DNA of 64,000 bases from Candidatus Poribacteria bacterium (GCA_963665235.2 CAXXLX010000001.1:1984001-2048000), one strand, 5' to 3'; shown: positions 47,817-60,605, counted from the first letter of the stretch. Numbers and translations are program-made. Notes: generated by a model not told the origin, from the sequence alone.

Positions 47817-50210
47817 ATGTTAAAGAAAAGACAGCTTATACTGCTAATTCTTATCGTAGGCATGCTGTTCCTAACCTACCAAGCGATTGGACAGGAAGAA
47901 GGTATCGCCGACGATTTGGAAGATGGAGCAAGAAGCATTTGGGACCGAATCAAGTTTCCCATTTTTGTCGCCATCGCAATGTTCGTCTTCCACGGCATCG
48001 CTTATCTTGTACGTTTGTTTAAGAAAGATAGGCTGCTTAAGGCTCTTATGAACAAATACGTGGTGTTTCACATGAAAAATGGACACCGCTATCACGGAAC
48101 GATGCGTTTGGATATCAAAGGGGCAGAAATTGTCTCTGAAGAATCCAGACAACGTGGACAAGCCCCAAGTTATATCTTTAGCAAGGGACAGTTAGAAAGC
48201 GGAATCGGTGCCTATATCCGCTATCTAGACACAATGAATGACCGTGAAAAGCGGGAACGCGCTTGGGAGCTCGAACATCTGCTTAATCCGCCTCTCTATC
48301 AGCGAATGGTTCGAAAAACGAGAAACATGTTCATCGAACTGAATGGCGCAGTCAGAAACGCAATGAATATGATCTGGAGCGGAATCAATCGAGCCACTAA
48401 ACCCATGCAACAACACCTAGAACGTATTGATGCAGCAGCCGCAGAATATGGCGGGCAAGGCGGGCAGGCAATGGGCACCCTGAAACAGGTGGAAGCCGAA
48501 TCTAAAGACTTTTTGAACGAAGAAAGTTACGAAAGAATTATCGAACGGCTCGTCGGAACACGGGTCAAAATCCAGGTGAAGGATGTTAACAACGCCAACG
48601 GAGAATACATAGCTCTTTTCAAAGATTACAATGAAAAGTACATGGTCTTCATGAATGTAAAAGATAAGAATAATAATGGATTCAGAGACCAATGGAGTTA
48701 TGAGCACGAATACAAACACAATATTAACAACTTTAACCGGCGCGATGACCGAGGTCTCAGGTGCCGAATGGTAGAAGAGGAAGGCAAATACTTTATTGTC
48801 TTTGAAAACAATACCGCTTATACCATACAGGTTGGCAACATTGTTCTGCACGATGGCTCCCCGAATTGGAATAGAAACCTTGAGTTTAAGTGGCACATCG
48901 AACCGCTCAGCGTCCGAAGGCTTCAACTCAATCCGGTGTCGCATCATCGAGTCGGACCCTTCGAACGGGTTTCAACGCCTGAACATCGAACGCCAAGAAA
49001 CTTTAAGAAGATAAGAGTAGAATTTCGCTCCTTCCGGGATGCGGATGTTATTTTCCCCCGTCCGCTCTGCCGTATTATTGAAAGTGCGGAAAAACGTCAA
49101 ATCGAAATGTTCAGCATATCCTCTTTGACAGATGTTATGCTTGACCGGAGTGAAGTAGAAGAAGTTCCACTCCAAGATGCTGAGGGACGCCCCATCCACG
49201 GACTGAACCTCGTTCATGGGTATGTCACCAACGTCAATGAGGACCGAATTGACCTCAAGACAATCGATTCCAGCTACAACCGACGTTGGGAAGTTGAAGG
49301 GGCTTATGAGCGTTTTAACACGGCACTTCTCCATCGGATGCCTATCCATCAGAAGATTATTCCGTTTTACCGAAACCGCATCATCGCACAAAATACGCTT
49401 GTCACGCAGATGACAGAAAACCAACTACAGAAGGAGCTCTTCTCACAATTCACCTATCCGCGTAAGGTGAAAAAACGGTTAAGGGTGCCTTTCCTCAAAA
49501 AATTGTTGCCAAACAACGACCTCCGGCTCCCAGTCAAGGTCATGGCACTTACGGGCAACGGCACAAATGAAGAGTTCTCCACCTTAGAGCAGTTTGAATA
49601 CGTTCACGAGCATCACATGCTTTATGAAGCTGTCAACAATCTACGCAATGACCGGCTCGCCAAAATGAACATCTTGTGGATAGGAAATGGGGAAATCTAC
49701 AAGTCCGGCTACCGGCTCAATATCGACTCGGAACACCGAATCAAAAATTTCGTCAGCCAGGGTGGTGTCGTCATCGTCTCTGGGCAGGATGTCAAGACAA
49801 ACGTCAGACAGCGACGCGGCGCAGGGTGGATTCCTATACCGTTGACCGGAATAGAATACGATGAAACAGATGAACTCCTGCCAACCTTGCAAGGGAGAAG
49901 GAGCCGAGTCTTTCATACGCCGAATGTCCTGAATACCACACCGGACACGAAAGAAATTCCGTTAGTCCGCCTCGACGATATGTGGGTGGACCCGCTCGGT
50001 AAATGGAATTCGCTCGCGAAAACGGCAGCACAAGATGCATCCGCACTGCTTACACTGCCATTCCAGCAAGGGTTATACATCGTCACAAGCTTGAAAAATG
50101 ACACCCAGCGGGATACGCAAATTAACAGCAAATTGATGGAAAATCTGTTACATTTCTCTGTGAGGTGGTTGGATAACCAGAAATGGAAACAACAGTTCCG
50201 ACTCCGCTAA
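47817..50210 (+). CDS. Hypothetical membrane-anchored multidomain protein
   Basis: 797-aa ORF with GGAGG RBS; signal/TM segments, two Sm-like-looking beta regions, C-terminal class I GATase-like region (KNFVSQGGVVIVSGQD). Confidence 0.7.
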   Translation: MLKKRQLILLILIVGMLFLTYQAIGQEEGIADDLEDGARSIWDRIKFPIFVAIAMFVFHGIAYLVRLFKKDRLLKALMNKYVVFHMKNGHRYHGTMRLDIKGAEIVSEESRQRGQAPSYIFSKGQLESGIGAYIRYLDTMNDREKRERAWELEHLLNPPLYQRMVRKTRNMFIELNGAVRNAMNMIWSGINRATKPMQQHLERIDAAAAEYGGQGGQAMGTLKQVEAESKDFLNEESYERIIERLVGTRVKIQVKDVNNANGEYIALFKDYNEKYMVFMNVKDKNNNGFRDQWSYEHEYKHNINNFNRRDDRGLRCRMVEEEGKYFIVFENNTAYTIQVGNIVLHDGSPNWNRNLEFKWHIEPLSVRRLQLNPVSHHRVGPFERVSTPEHRTPRNFKKIRVEFRSFRDADVIFPRPLCRIIESAEKRQIEMFSISSLTDVMLDRSEVEEVPLQDAEGRPIHGLNLVHGYVTNVNEDRIDLKTIDSSYNRRWEVEGAYERFNTALLHRMPIHQKIIPFYRNRIIAQNTLVTQMTENQLQKELFSQFTYPRKVKKRLRVPFLKKLLPNNDLRLPVKVMALTGNGTNEEFSTLEQFEYVHEHHMLYEAVNNLRNDRLAKMNILWIGNGEIYKSGYRLNIDSEHRIKNFVSQGGVVIVSGQDVKTNVRQRRGAGWIPIPLTGIEYDETDELLPTLQGRRSRVFHTPNVLNTTPDTKEIPLVRLDDMWVDPLGKWNSLAKTAAQDASALLTLPFQQGLYIVTSLKNDTQRDTQINSKLMENLLHFSVRWLDNQKWKQQFRLR

Positions 50211-50283
50211 TTGAGCAAACTGTGTGGGTTGTTAGGCATTATAATGATTTAATCAGCGTATGGCTGTGAAGTAGGGTTCCAAA

Positions 50284-50308
50284 GCGGGCGGGGAAACCCC
50301 GCCCCTAC
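50284..50308. repeat. GTAG-tagged REP hairpin (family B) between convergent genes
   Basis: Reverse strand GTAGGGGCGGGGTTTCCCCGCCC; same family as the hairpin inside 15795-15909. Confidence 0.65.
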
Positions 50309-50360
50309 GCACCGAAACTGCTAACGCGGACTAGCTTCGCTTGATAACGTCTCGCGCGGT

Positions 50361-53300
50361 TTACTTTTTACCTGCTTTTGGTACTTTTTGTCTCGGTTTC
50401 GTTTTTTCTGCCGTCTTTATTATCTCCGCCATTTTCTCGAAATTTTCACCCAATTCCTTATAAGATTTCATAAACTCATCCATCTGTTCCGAAAGGGTAG
50501 GCACCTTTCCTTCATCTGTCGTGTCATCAGGAGAGGCAGGCTCGAGCTTCTGTCCGACTTCAATTGCTTTTTCAACAGCCTTCTGAAAACTGACATCAGA
50601 CGCGAGGGTGTCATTCGCTACAACGGCGACCTCTAAAAGCATAGGTCGTTTTGGGCGTTCATCTTCCTCCTCCCCTGCATCCGGCTTTTTATAGATTGCC
50701 TCAACGTAAAAAATACCTTCATGCATCGGTATGAAATATAAACCTGAGCGCATGACAACATTTCCTGTTATCGCGTTTAAGAATGTCTCGGAGAGTTCAC
50801 TAGTAATCGTGTCCTCTACGTTCTTTGGGCCTTTGATTTCAGGCGTATTCGTAATTGTATAGACGAGGCGTTCGCCATAGTGCGGCGGATCACAACGTGC
50901 GACCAGCCAAGCTTTCATATTCAGCTCTCTTTTCGAGGGTGTAAACGGAATCATATTGACAAATTCCATCCGTTCCTCACCGGGCAGCCGAATCATCGCA
51001 TAATACGGCATCATCTCCTGATCATCCTTCCAGACTATACTACCGTTGGGCATTTTTTTACCGTTGCCATAAACCTCTTTTGGAATTTTCAACTGCCTCC
51101 CTTTTCCGTGAAAAGTGAGGGCATTTTCAACGTGATAATCGTTATATATCTTGGATTGGATACGCGTCAGATAGTCCGGAAAGCGCAGGTGTGCTCGTAA
51201 ACCCTCTGGCATCTGCTCAAACCCTTTAAAGAGATTAGGAAACGCTTTTTGGTAGGTAGCCATAATTGCTTCATTGTCCTTAACCGCATAGAAATTCACC
51301 TCACCTGAAAACGCATTAACGGTGGCCACCCCGGAATTTCGAATGTAATTGAACCTTTCAAAACGACGTTCCGCCTCTTGAAAAGCATCCGGCACCTCTG
51401 CCGTATCATCGTCATAGAATTGCGCATTCGGATACCATTTACTTGTAACATAAAAATCCACAATCCACCAGAGTTGCCCATTGTCTATAACGATATAGGG
51501 GTCCGGATCATAATCAAGGAAAGGCGCGATATGCGAAATCCGATCGACGACTACCTTCTGACCCCGGCGTGTTCCAATTTTTCGCCGAAACATGATACGG
51601 CTCTCTGAGGACAGCACCGCCTCTTTATTATAGATAATTTGCAAGTCCCGGAAGCGAATTGAAAAAAGCAGCCGACGGGGCCACCCGATTAACTGAACCC
51701 CCCCTGTCCCTTCATAGTGATACTCATTAATCTCCTCGGTTTCAACGTCATACTCACCCACTTTCGTGTTAACGACAACATACTCGTTCGTCATCTCACC
51801 GTAGTATATCCGAGGCTGTGTCACCGCTAGTTCTGGATAAACCGAGCTTGTCTGATTTTTGAGTTTTTTCGGGTCCAATTTAACCTCTGTCCAAAAAACT
51901 GGGTACTTCTCATCAACCATATTGACAGGAACCGTATACACGCCATAGCCATGCGTAAAGTGGAGTTTCCTTGTTCGCCAATTACCTCGTCTCCCTTGAA
52001 CATCGGGGTCGGGTTCAATCTCGCGTGCCGCAATTAGCACTTGTCTGTATTGTTCGGTAAATTCAGCACTTTCACCGTCACTCTCTTCAGAAGGCGTAAC
52101 AGCCTCCCTTATACGATACCGGTCAATATCGGTATAGGGGTAAAAATTATGATGCTTCACTAGGTGCTCTGCGCGAAGCACGTCATAGAGCACACGTCGG
52201 TCCCAGAGTTGAACGTTCTCCAGGACCTCTCTATTTTCGGCCTGATTCACCAGTTCAATTGTCGCTTCCCCTGCGGTATATTTTTTCTCCGTGATAGTAT
52301 CTAAATCGAAAGCAGCACGCGTAGAGGCGATGTGTTTCTCCAAGTGCTCCCCTTCGAACGTGAGTTCATCCCCCTGAACGTTTACAAAGTGCAATACGCG
52401 CGGGTAAACGTGTATGAGTGACACATAACTTACACCCCACACCGCTATTGCAACGTACCACAGAAGCCGTCTGCGCCAGAAAAGGTTAATTACAACCACT
52501 GCGCCAATACCAAGAAGAACCCCACAATAGACCAGCGTCGAACCGACTAGCAAGTCATCCATATAGAACAATCCAGACAACTTACTCAGCGTAGGAGTCG
52601 CAGACTTCGTGTACACCTTACCCCACAAATTCACATGGGCCCGCCAAATTCCAACCGCCAATAACACCAACCACAAGATAGAACCGTGCAACACAATATT
52701 TCTTTTTGCATACGTCTTAGAACGATTATCGCGACGATAGTAAAAATTATAAAGTAACCCCAAAACTATGCAGGTTACCCATAACAGAATCTCCACCCAA
52801 AGACTTACCGATTTATGAATAGGATAGGAGAACAGATAAAAATTTACGTCTTTTCCAAAAAAGCGCGGCTCTGTCGTAACGTTTTGATTATCTGCCGGTA
52901 CCGTTGTCCCACCCTGATTATTTTCCTGTTCTGTTGCGTCTTCGTTCTCCTCCTGTTCAGTTACAACGTCTTCGTTCCCTTCCTGTTCTGTTGCGTCTTC
53001 GTTCCCTTCCTGCTCAGCTACAACGTCTTCGTTATTTTCAAGCTCCGGATTAGCCAGGGTAGTTTCTACTACCTTCGGCTGATTCAGGTAGCGGATAAAG
53101 TCATTCTGTAGGGACACCATCGGGATAGCAAAGAGGACCGCTATAATCACACTACCGAAAAAGAACACGCGATGAAATGAAACAGTCCGCTCACGGGTTC
53201 GGCGTGCCAATTGCCCCGGCTCCGGGCAAAGCCAATTAGCTATTAAAGCATTGATATTCATGAACCCTACGGCAACCAAGAAGAATACGGCAAAGACACC

Positions 53301-53567
53301 CCAGCGTACCTTCCGGATAGTCCAAAAAGTATTATCATACCCAACAGTTTCGAAAAACCAAAGGTGTTCCGTATAAAGATATGAAAACGGAAAAGCACTG
53401 CTCACCAGCGCAACACCGCCTATTCCCCAAAGCAGATACGCCTGAAACTTCAGAGAAGCCTTCCGAAGCCAGATACCCCGTCGGTACCGAAAAATACCCC
53501 ATACCAACGTAAGACCCGCAAGAAAAACATTGAAAATTAACCAGGCAATCGAAAAATCTGATGTCAT
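50361..53567 (-). CDS. UPF0182 family membrane protein
   Basis: TEHLWFFETVGY, FGKDVNFYLFSYP, FTHGYG, QPRIYYGE, APFLDYDPDPY, NYIRNS and HLRFP motifs. Confidence 0.92.
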   Translation of the reverse strand: MTSDFSIAWLIFNVFLAGLTLVWGIFRYRRGIWLRKASLKFQAYLLWGIGGVALVSSAFPFSYLYTEHLWFFETVGYDNTFWTIRKVRWGVFAVFFLVAVGFMNINALIANWLCPEPGQLARRTRERTVSFHRVFFFGSVIIAVLFAIPMVSLQNDFIRYLNQPKVVETTLANPELENNEDVVAEQEGNEDATEQEGNEDVVTEQEENEDATEQENNQGGTTVPADNQNVTTEPRFFGKDVNFYLFSYPIHKSVSLWVEILLWVTCIVLGLLYNFYYRRDNRSKTYAKRNIVLHGSILWLVLLAVGIWRAHVNLWGKVYTKSATPTLSKLSGLFYMDDLLVGSTLVYCGVLLGIGAVVVINLFWRRRLLWYVAIAVWGVSYVSLIHVYPRVLHFVNVQGDELTFEGEHLEKHIASTRAAFDLDTITEKKYTAGEATIELVNQAENREVLENVQLWDRRVLYDVLRAEHLVKHHNFYPYTDIDRYRIREAVTPSEESDGESAEFTEQYRQVLIAAREIEPDPDVQGRRGNWRTRKLHFTHGYGVYTVPVNMVDEKYPVFWTEVKLDPKKLKNQTSSVYPELAVTQPRIYYGEMTNEYVVVNTKVGEYDVETEEINEYHYEGTGGVQLIGWPRRLLFSIRFRDLQIIYNKEAVLSSESRIMFRRKIGTRRGQKVVVDRISHIAPFLDYDPDPYIVIDNGQLWWIVDFYVTSKWYPNAQFYDDDTAEVPDAFQEAERRFERFNYIRNSGVATVNAFSGEVNFYAVKDNEAIMATYQKAFPNLFKGFEQMPEGLRAHLRFPDYLTRIQSKIYNDYHVENALTFHGKGRQLKIPKEVYGNGKKMPNGSIVWKDDQEMMPYYAMIRLPGEERMEFVNMIPFTPSKRELNMKAWLVARCDPPHYGERLVYTITNTPEIKGPKNVEDTITSELSETFLNAITGNVVMRSGLYFIPMHEGIFYVEAIYKKPDAGEEEDERPKRPMLLEVAVVANDTLASDVSFQKAVEKAIEVGQKLEPASPDDTTDEGKVPTLSEQMDEFMKSYKELGENFEKMAEIIKTAEKTKPRQKVPKAGKK

Positions 53568-53676
53568 AACAAAATCCTCTTTTATTCAACTTAGAATTGC
53601 GGCCCCAAACATTAATGCTTACAGCAGTTTTATCAAATCAAAACGTATCAGCTAACTGCCAATAGCCACTTAAAAT

Positions 53677-53705
53677 AGAATACCACTGTTTTAGGCGAAT
53701 GTCAA
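53677..53705 (-). promoter_or_regulatory. sigma70-type promoter of the UPF0182 gene
   Basis: TTGACA-17 bp-TATTCT with TG extension on the minus strand. Confidence 0.5.
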
Positions 53706-54008
53706 GTGAAAATTAAAATCAACTGACCGCTCCTTAGGTACGACATGTTGTTTATAGAAACCGGTTTCCCCCACACCTCTTAGTCCAGTATGGGTGATAT
53801 GTTTGAAAGATTGACACAGAAAAACGCGCTGTCATTTGGGCGGATGACGTTCGGATACCAAAGTCAATAATCCGCGTCCTCCGTGTCCTCCGCGATAATC
53901 CGCGATTCAGATAATAAGAAAACGCCAACCCCTAACCCCCACCAATTAGAAATTTCTCACTAAAACCGTTGATAACCGTGTAATCCGAGATTCAAACAAG
54001 AGAAATAT

Positions 54009-54037
54009 TTGACTTTATCTCATTTTTGTGGTATACT
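54009..54037 (+). promoter_or_regulatory. sigma70-type promoter of atpD
   Basis: TTGACT-17 bp-TATACT with TG extension. Confidence 0.6.
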
Positions 54038-54060
54038 ACTATAAACGAAAAAAACGGTAA

Positions 54061-55545
<1,485 letters not shown>

Positions 55546-55640
55546 CACTAACGCACGGACTATAACCCCCGGTTCCCCCTGACCTGCTCCTCTGACAGGG
55601 AGGGAAACAGGCTTAACCGTAATTAGTCACGGAGGAAAAT

Positions 55641-57863
55641 ATGTCAATTGAGGAACTCAAACGTGAAATTGCTGAACTCAAAGACGCAAACTCGGCACTC
55701 ACGGCTGAAAATGCCGAATTGAGAACGGCAAACAGTGAACAGCAAAGTCACATCAAATTGTTACAAACCATTTTTGAGAGCCTCGGCGAAGGTGTCGTAG
55801 CCACCAATTTAGAGGGCGAGTTCTTAGTTGCAAATCCAACTGCCCAAGAAATGGCCGGAATGGGCCCCACTGAGAATGTCCCTGAAGAATGGAGCGAGAC
55901 TTACGGAACGTTTTATCCCGATAAGACTACCATTGTTCCCTCAACTGAACTTCCCCTTTACAAAGCCATGCAGGGGGAAACAACTAAGGATGTTAAGCTG
56001 GTACTCCGCAATCAGAACCGGCCGGATGGGGTTTTTATTAATGTGAGTGGGACCCCCGTATTCGACGAAACGGGTAGCTTGATAGGGGGTGTTATCGCTA
56101 TGCACGACATCACCCAGTTGGAGAATCTCAAGAAGGAACTTGAAAAAACAATTAGCGAGCTACAAAGGCAGAACGCTTTGATGGATACGGTTTTCAATAG
56201 TATCAGCGACGGCATTGTGGTTGCTGATAAGGATGGGAACTATGTGTTGTCCAATAAAATTGCCCAAAAAATGTTAGGACATAATCCCGAAGATGTAAGC
56301 ATTACACATGCATCTGAAACCTTCGGTCTCTTCCAACCGGAGAGTCAAAATCTTTTTCCTGTTGATGAACTGCCGCTTGCCCGGACATTGCGCGGTGAGG
56401 ACTCCGATGAGATTGACATAGTCATACGCAATCCGCACCTACCCTCCGAAATAAATACAAGTATCAGTGCAAGACCGATATATAACGAAAACGGCGTTGT
56501 GAACGGAGGCGTTGCTGTTATACGAGATATTTCAGAGCGCAAAGCGGCAGAGAATGAACTGACAGCACTGAACGCGCAATTGACAGCACAAAGTCAACTC
56601 CTGCGCTCCATTTTTAATAGCATCAGTGACGGCGTGTTTGTCGTCGATGAAAATGGCAGTATCATCATGGCTAACCCCAGCGCAATGCGGATGGCCGATA
56701 TGGCAATGCCGCAACCTTCTATAGAACCCAATGCCTGGATCCAAGGATATAACTACTTTTATCCTGATAAAATCACCCCATTTCCTATTGAGGAACTGCC
56801 AATTATGTCAGCTATTCGCGGAGAAGCTGTAGACGATGTCGAAATATTTGTCAATAATGATAAGGTACCAGATGGAATTTACCTCACTGTCAGTGGTAGA
56901 CCCCTACAAGATATTGAGGGAAAGCAGACCGGCGGAGTCATCGTCTTCCGAGATGTGTCAGATAAAGTCAAACGCGAAGAAGCATTAGCGCAAGCCTTCG
57001 CACAAGGAAGATTAGAAATCGTTGATACAATCCTCCATAATATTGGCAATGCAATCAACAGTGTAGACATCGGCGTTGACACCATCCACTACCAGCTGAC
57101 AAACGACAGACTTATCCCTCGACTCACAGCATTAGCCGAGATTATTCAAGAACATCAAGACAACTTGGGCGATTACATCAAGAATGACCCACAGGGACAG
57201 AAAATCGCCCCATTCATTGTTACCCTTGCCGCCGATCTCAGCGATGTTAAACAGGAATTCCAGGAGACTGTAGAGCGCGTCAGGGACAGATCTAGACATA
57301 TCGTCGATATTATCCGAACCCAAAACTCATATCAGAACACCAGCGGAACTCGCAAAGATATAAACCTCAATGAAGCAATAGTAGACGCAATCAAGATGCT
57401 CCAAGACTCAATAGACAAACGACAAATCCAGATTGACATCGACTGCAAAAACGCACCCGAAGAAATCCGAATTCAGGAAAGCCAATTTCATCAAATGCTC
57501 GTCAATCTCACCAAAAATTCAGTTGAATCCATCGATGAATTAGTAGCATCCGGTGAACACAGTGAAAGTCCCTGTATCCAATTCCAGGCATACATCGACG
57601 GCGATTTTTTATGCCTTGATATTATCGATAATGGCATCGGCATCCCACCAGAAAACATCAATAGGGTTTTCACAGCAGGATTTACCACCAAAGAACAGGG
57701 AAGTGGACTCGGCTTGCATTCAAGCGCAAATTTCGTCATTAGCTCAGGCGGAAAAATACAAGCATTGAGCGAAGGCAAGGGAAAAGGCACAACAATACAA
57801 ATCAAGTTCCAGTACGACACAGTCTACCGCAGGGCTTATAGCTCAACACAGGAGAGCGATTAG
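55641..57863 (+). CDS. Cytoplasmic sensor histidine kinase with three PAS domains
   Basis: Three repeats (F.SI.DG..V.D...G...N...ELP...A..GE...I...P...G...GGV...RDI); H-box ILHNIGNAINS; N/G boxes VNLTKNS, DNGIGI, GFTTK, GSGLGL. Confidence 0.92.
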   Translation: MSIEELKREIAELKDANSALTAENAELRTANSEQQSHIKLLQTIFESLGEGVVATNLEGEFLVANPTAQEMAGMGPTENVPEEWSETYGTFYPDKTTIVPSTELPLYKAMQGETTKDVKLVLRNQNRPDGVFINVSGTPVFDETGSLIGGVIAMHDITQLENLKKELEKTISELQRQNALMDTVFNSISDGIVVADKDGNYVLSNKIAQKMLGHNPEDVSITHASETFGLFQPESQNLFPVDELPLARTLRGEDSDEIDIVIRNPHLPSEINTSISARPIYNENGVVNGGVAVIRDISERKAAENELTALNAQLTAQSQLLRSIFNSISDGVFVVDENGSIIMANPSAMRMADMAMPQPSIEPNAWIQGYNYFYPDKITPFPIEELPIMSAIRGEAVDDVEIFVNNDKVPDGIYLTVSGRPLQDIEGKQTGGVIVFRDVSDKVKREEALAQAFAQGRLEIVDTILHNIGNAINSVDIGVDTIHYQLTNDRLIPRLTALAEIIQEHQDNLGDYIKNDPQGQKIAPFIVTLAADLSDVKQEFQETVERVRDRSRHIVDIIRTQNSYQNTSGTRKDINLNEAIVDAIKMLQDSIDKRQIQIDIDCKNAPEEIRIQESQFHQMLVNLTKNSVESIDELVASGEHSESPCIQFQAYIDGDFLCLDIIDNGIGIPPENINRVFTAGFTTKEQGSGLGLHSSANFVISSGGKIQALSEGKGKGTTIQIKFQYDTVYRRAYSSTQESD

Positions 57864-57879
57864 ACAGAGACTTAATCTT

Positions 57880-58290
57880 ATGCAAAGCAGAAATTTTTAT
57901 CTTGAAATTCGCACACCCGAAAAATTGATATATGAAGGAGATGTCACAAGCGTTAGCGCGCCGGGCGTTGAAGGCAACTTTCAGATCTTGCCGGGTCATA
58001 TCCCCTTCCTTACCGCGTTAGCTATCGGCGAAATCCGCATCCGTGAATCCGCAGACGCACAGCAACTGTTAGCAACAAGTGGCGGTGTCTTTGAAGTCCT
58101 GCGAACGGGTGTCACCGCATTAGTAGAAACAGCCGAGTGGGCATCAGATATTGACGTTCCCCGTGCCGAAAGCGCGCGTGACCGCGCACAAACACAGCTC
58201 ACCGCAAATGCCACAGACCTCAATCGGTCCCGTGCAGAGGCAGCCCTTGCCCGTGCTCAAAACCGAATTAAGGTCGCAGGTAATGTGTAA
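57880..58290 (+). CDS. atpC: F0F1 ATP synthase subunit epsilon
   Basis: LEIRTPEK...PGVEGNFQILPGHIP...SGGVFEV...IDVPRAE...ALARAQNRI. Confidence 0.93.
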   Translation: MQSRNFYLEIRTPEKLIYEGDVTSVSAPGVEGNFQILPGHIPFLTALAIGEIRIRESADAQQLLATSGGVFEVLRTGVTALVETAEWASDIDVPRAESARDRAQTQLTANATDLNRSRAEAALARAQNRIKVAGNV

Positions 58291-58299
58291 GCATCACAG

Positions 58300-58410
58300 A
58301 CCGCCCCTCACCTAGTCCCATAGGGACGGTATGTTTATAGAAGTACAAACCGCCCCCACCTAGTACATTTCTTGCCAATTGCCAATTGCCAATCGCTAAT
58401 TGCCAATTAC
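58300..58410. repeat. Family A REP plus GCCAATT heptamer run between convergent genes
   Basis: AGTCCCATAGGGACGGTATGTTTATAG at ~58314; heptamers at 58371-58410. Confidence 0.7.
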
Positions 58411-60247
58411 CTAATCATCGTCGCGTTCACTTAACAACTCACCACGGGCGAGACGTTCCGCGTTCTCGGTGGACCACAGGATATTTTTCATCAACTTTTG
58501 TGCCGTGATATACCGCGTCGCTGCGAGTAGATGCATCCGCTGCTCCTCGAAGTCGTCCGATAAGTCATAATGTCGGAACGCAACCTCAAGCACCTGGAAC
58601 ATGTGGAGCTCAGCATCTTCACGGAGCAGGATATGTGCAAGGGTTCGCTTTAATGCGTCAACGTCATGCCCCTCTTCGAGGTATTGATTCACAAGAATTT
58701 CCGCCTCGTAAACCTTCTGGAAGTCAGCGAACTCTTGAAGCCGGTCTAGCATTTTATCGGCAGAGGCGTAAGTCTCCTCGAGCCGTTGTCCGGGTTTAGG
58801 GATGCGAGCGGCGGGCATATTCAACCAGCGCAGGTATGCCAAATAAACCACCCCGTGAAAAATGCCGCGCAAGAGGTTAGGACTCGCTGCGTAGTCAAAA
58901 ACCTCATAGAGCGCATGGGCATAAGAGTAAATGTTCGCCACATCGTGCCAATCGCCTTCGTTTTTCAGATGGAATCGCGCAGTGCGAACCGCAGAGGCGT
59001 AAGTCATTGCACGGCAGATGTCTTTCAAATCGACCCCGGCGCGAATTTTCTCCTCAACTATGGCGACAGTCGGTTCAAACTCATCCGCCAGCAACACCTG
59101 TGCAAACTCGGAAATATCGAGCTTCGCTTCGTTTCGCCTGATTGTCTTCCCACATACTCTCAAGCCGTTTAAAGACCGGTCTTAACACAGGCACAGCGTC
59201 AGCCCACCGTGAGGTCTCCTCATGCCGTGTTCTACTCACCAAGTCAACAACAATCGGACGTAAAATCTCGTGCGCGCCTTCCCACTCTATGTAATCTAAC
59301 GCCTCAAACATCTTATTTGCGAAATCCAGGGCGTGTCCATCACCGGTAAAGTAGTAGTCAGTTGCTGCGGTGAAAATGAAATCGGCAAGGACAGATTTAT
59401 CGTAACCGCGGTCGTTAAGCGTCAGTAAGATGCGTTCTGCTGCACCGCGGTGCCGTTTATTCACAAAATAGCGGAACCACCGTTTAAGCGTTTCCAGGTC
59501 GTGTTCCTCTTGTACTCGCGGGAACGGTGTGCGATACGGACGTGAGCTTCCTGACGTTCTACGGCTAATCTGGCTTAATCCGTGTACCAGAAACAGGTTA
59601 TGGTCTTTCGGGTCAACATCATCCCAAAGATTCGCAGCGAGCGTGAGAATAGCAATGCCAGAGGACCATCCATCACTACTTTTATGTGCGCCGTAGTGTA
59701 GTCCCTGCTGGATTATCTCGTTCGATGCTGCGCCGGCATCCCGAAGGGCAGTGACAGCCTTAGCGATAAAGAACGTACTGCGATCTTTAAGACCACGTTC
59801 CAGGGCACGTTTGCCCCGTTCAATGACCCTGCGTTTTGCTGCCTCTCGTTCACCTTTCGCCAATCCGACGTATAGGTAACCATCATCCCGAAGCTCAACA
59901 GGAAACGCTTTAAGGTCATCACCCGACGCTAAAAAGCACGCCCCCGATTTAAGGTCAAATTCCCAGTGATGCCAGTGGCAGATAAGCACGCCATCGCGGA
60001 GACTCCCTTTAGACATCGGATATCCCATGTGTGGGCAACGGTTGTCAACGGCATAAAATTTGTCACTGAACTTAAAAACCGCCAGATGCGTTCCATTCAC
60101 ATGGAAAGGTTTTCCCTCTAATTCCTCAAAATCCGCCGCGGGACACAGTTGATGGTAAACAAGCTCAGTTTCTTCGATTATTTCTGTCGGTAACGCTTCA
60201 ACGTTGATAGAGCCAACGCTGGTTTCTTCAAAGGTTGAAATAGCCAC
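58411..60247 (-). pseudogene. Rieske [2Fe-2S] domain protein with long helical C-terminus, split by a +1 frameshift near 59133
   Basis: NRCPHMGYP...CHWHHWEFDL Rieske motif; the two ORFs join (…EDNQA/NEAKLDISEF…) on removing one A; GTG start after AGGAGG. Confidence 0.75.
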
Positions 60248-60298
60248 AATGAACCTCCTAAAATGTTTTCTCTGTATCAGTACATTTCGCATAACTTA

Positions 60299-60374
60299 TG
60301 TCATTGCGAAGACAGTTTTTTGTTAACAACATAATAACATGTTTTACAGAGGATGTCAAGCGAATTCCGCGGAC
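60299..60374 (-). promoter_or_regulatory. Promoter segment duplicated at 63381-63471
   Basis: Minus-strand TTGACA-17 bp-TATTAT within a block shared with 63419-63471 (TTGACA-16 bp-TATAAT). Confidence 0.65.
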
Positions 60375-60605
60375 ACATCCTACGTTCGTAGTAGGGAAAC
60401 CATCTATTGCCCATCATACCAAAGCGTGCCCGAATAAGTATAGATTTCACTATTATGTTGTCGGTTGTTTCTAAGTATAGCTCAATCTCACTTGTATATC
60501 TATAAGGGAACATGTTTTTGGGAAAATATCAAGATGGACGTAGAGTCTCTCGCTGATGTCTTCCTAATTTGTTGTAAACGATTGAAGTGTAAGTGTCTTG
60601 ACCTA

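Noticed and set aside
60375-60600. Possible gene remnant downstream of the MazF toxin
   Set aside because: Interrupted frame with no recognisable family motif; cannot be supported.
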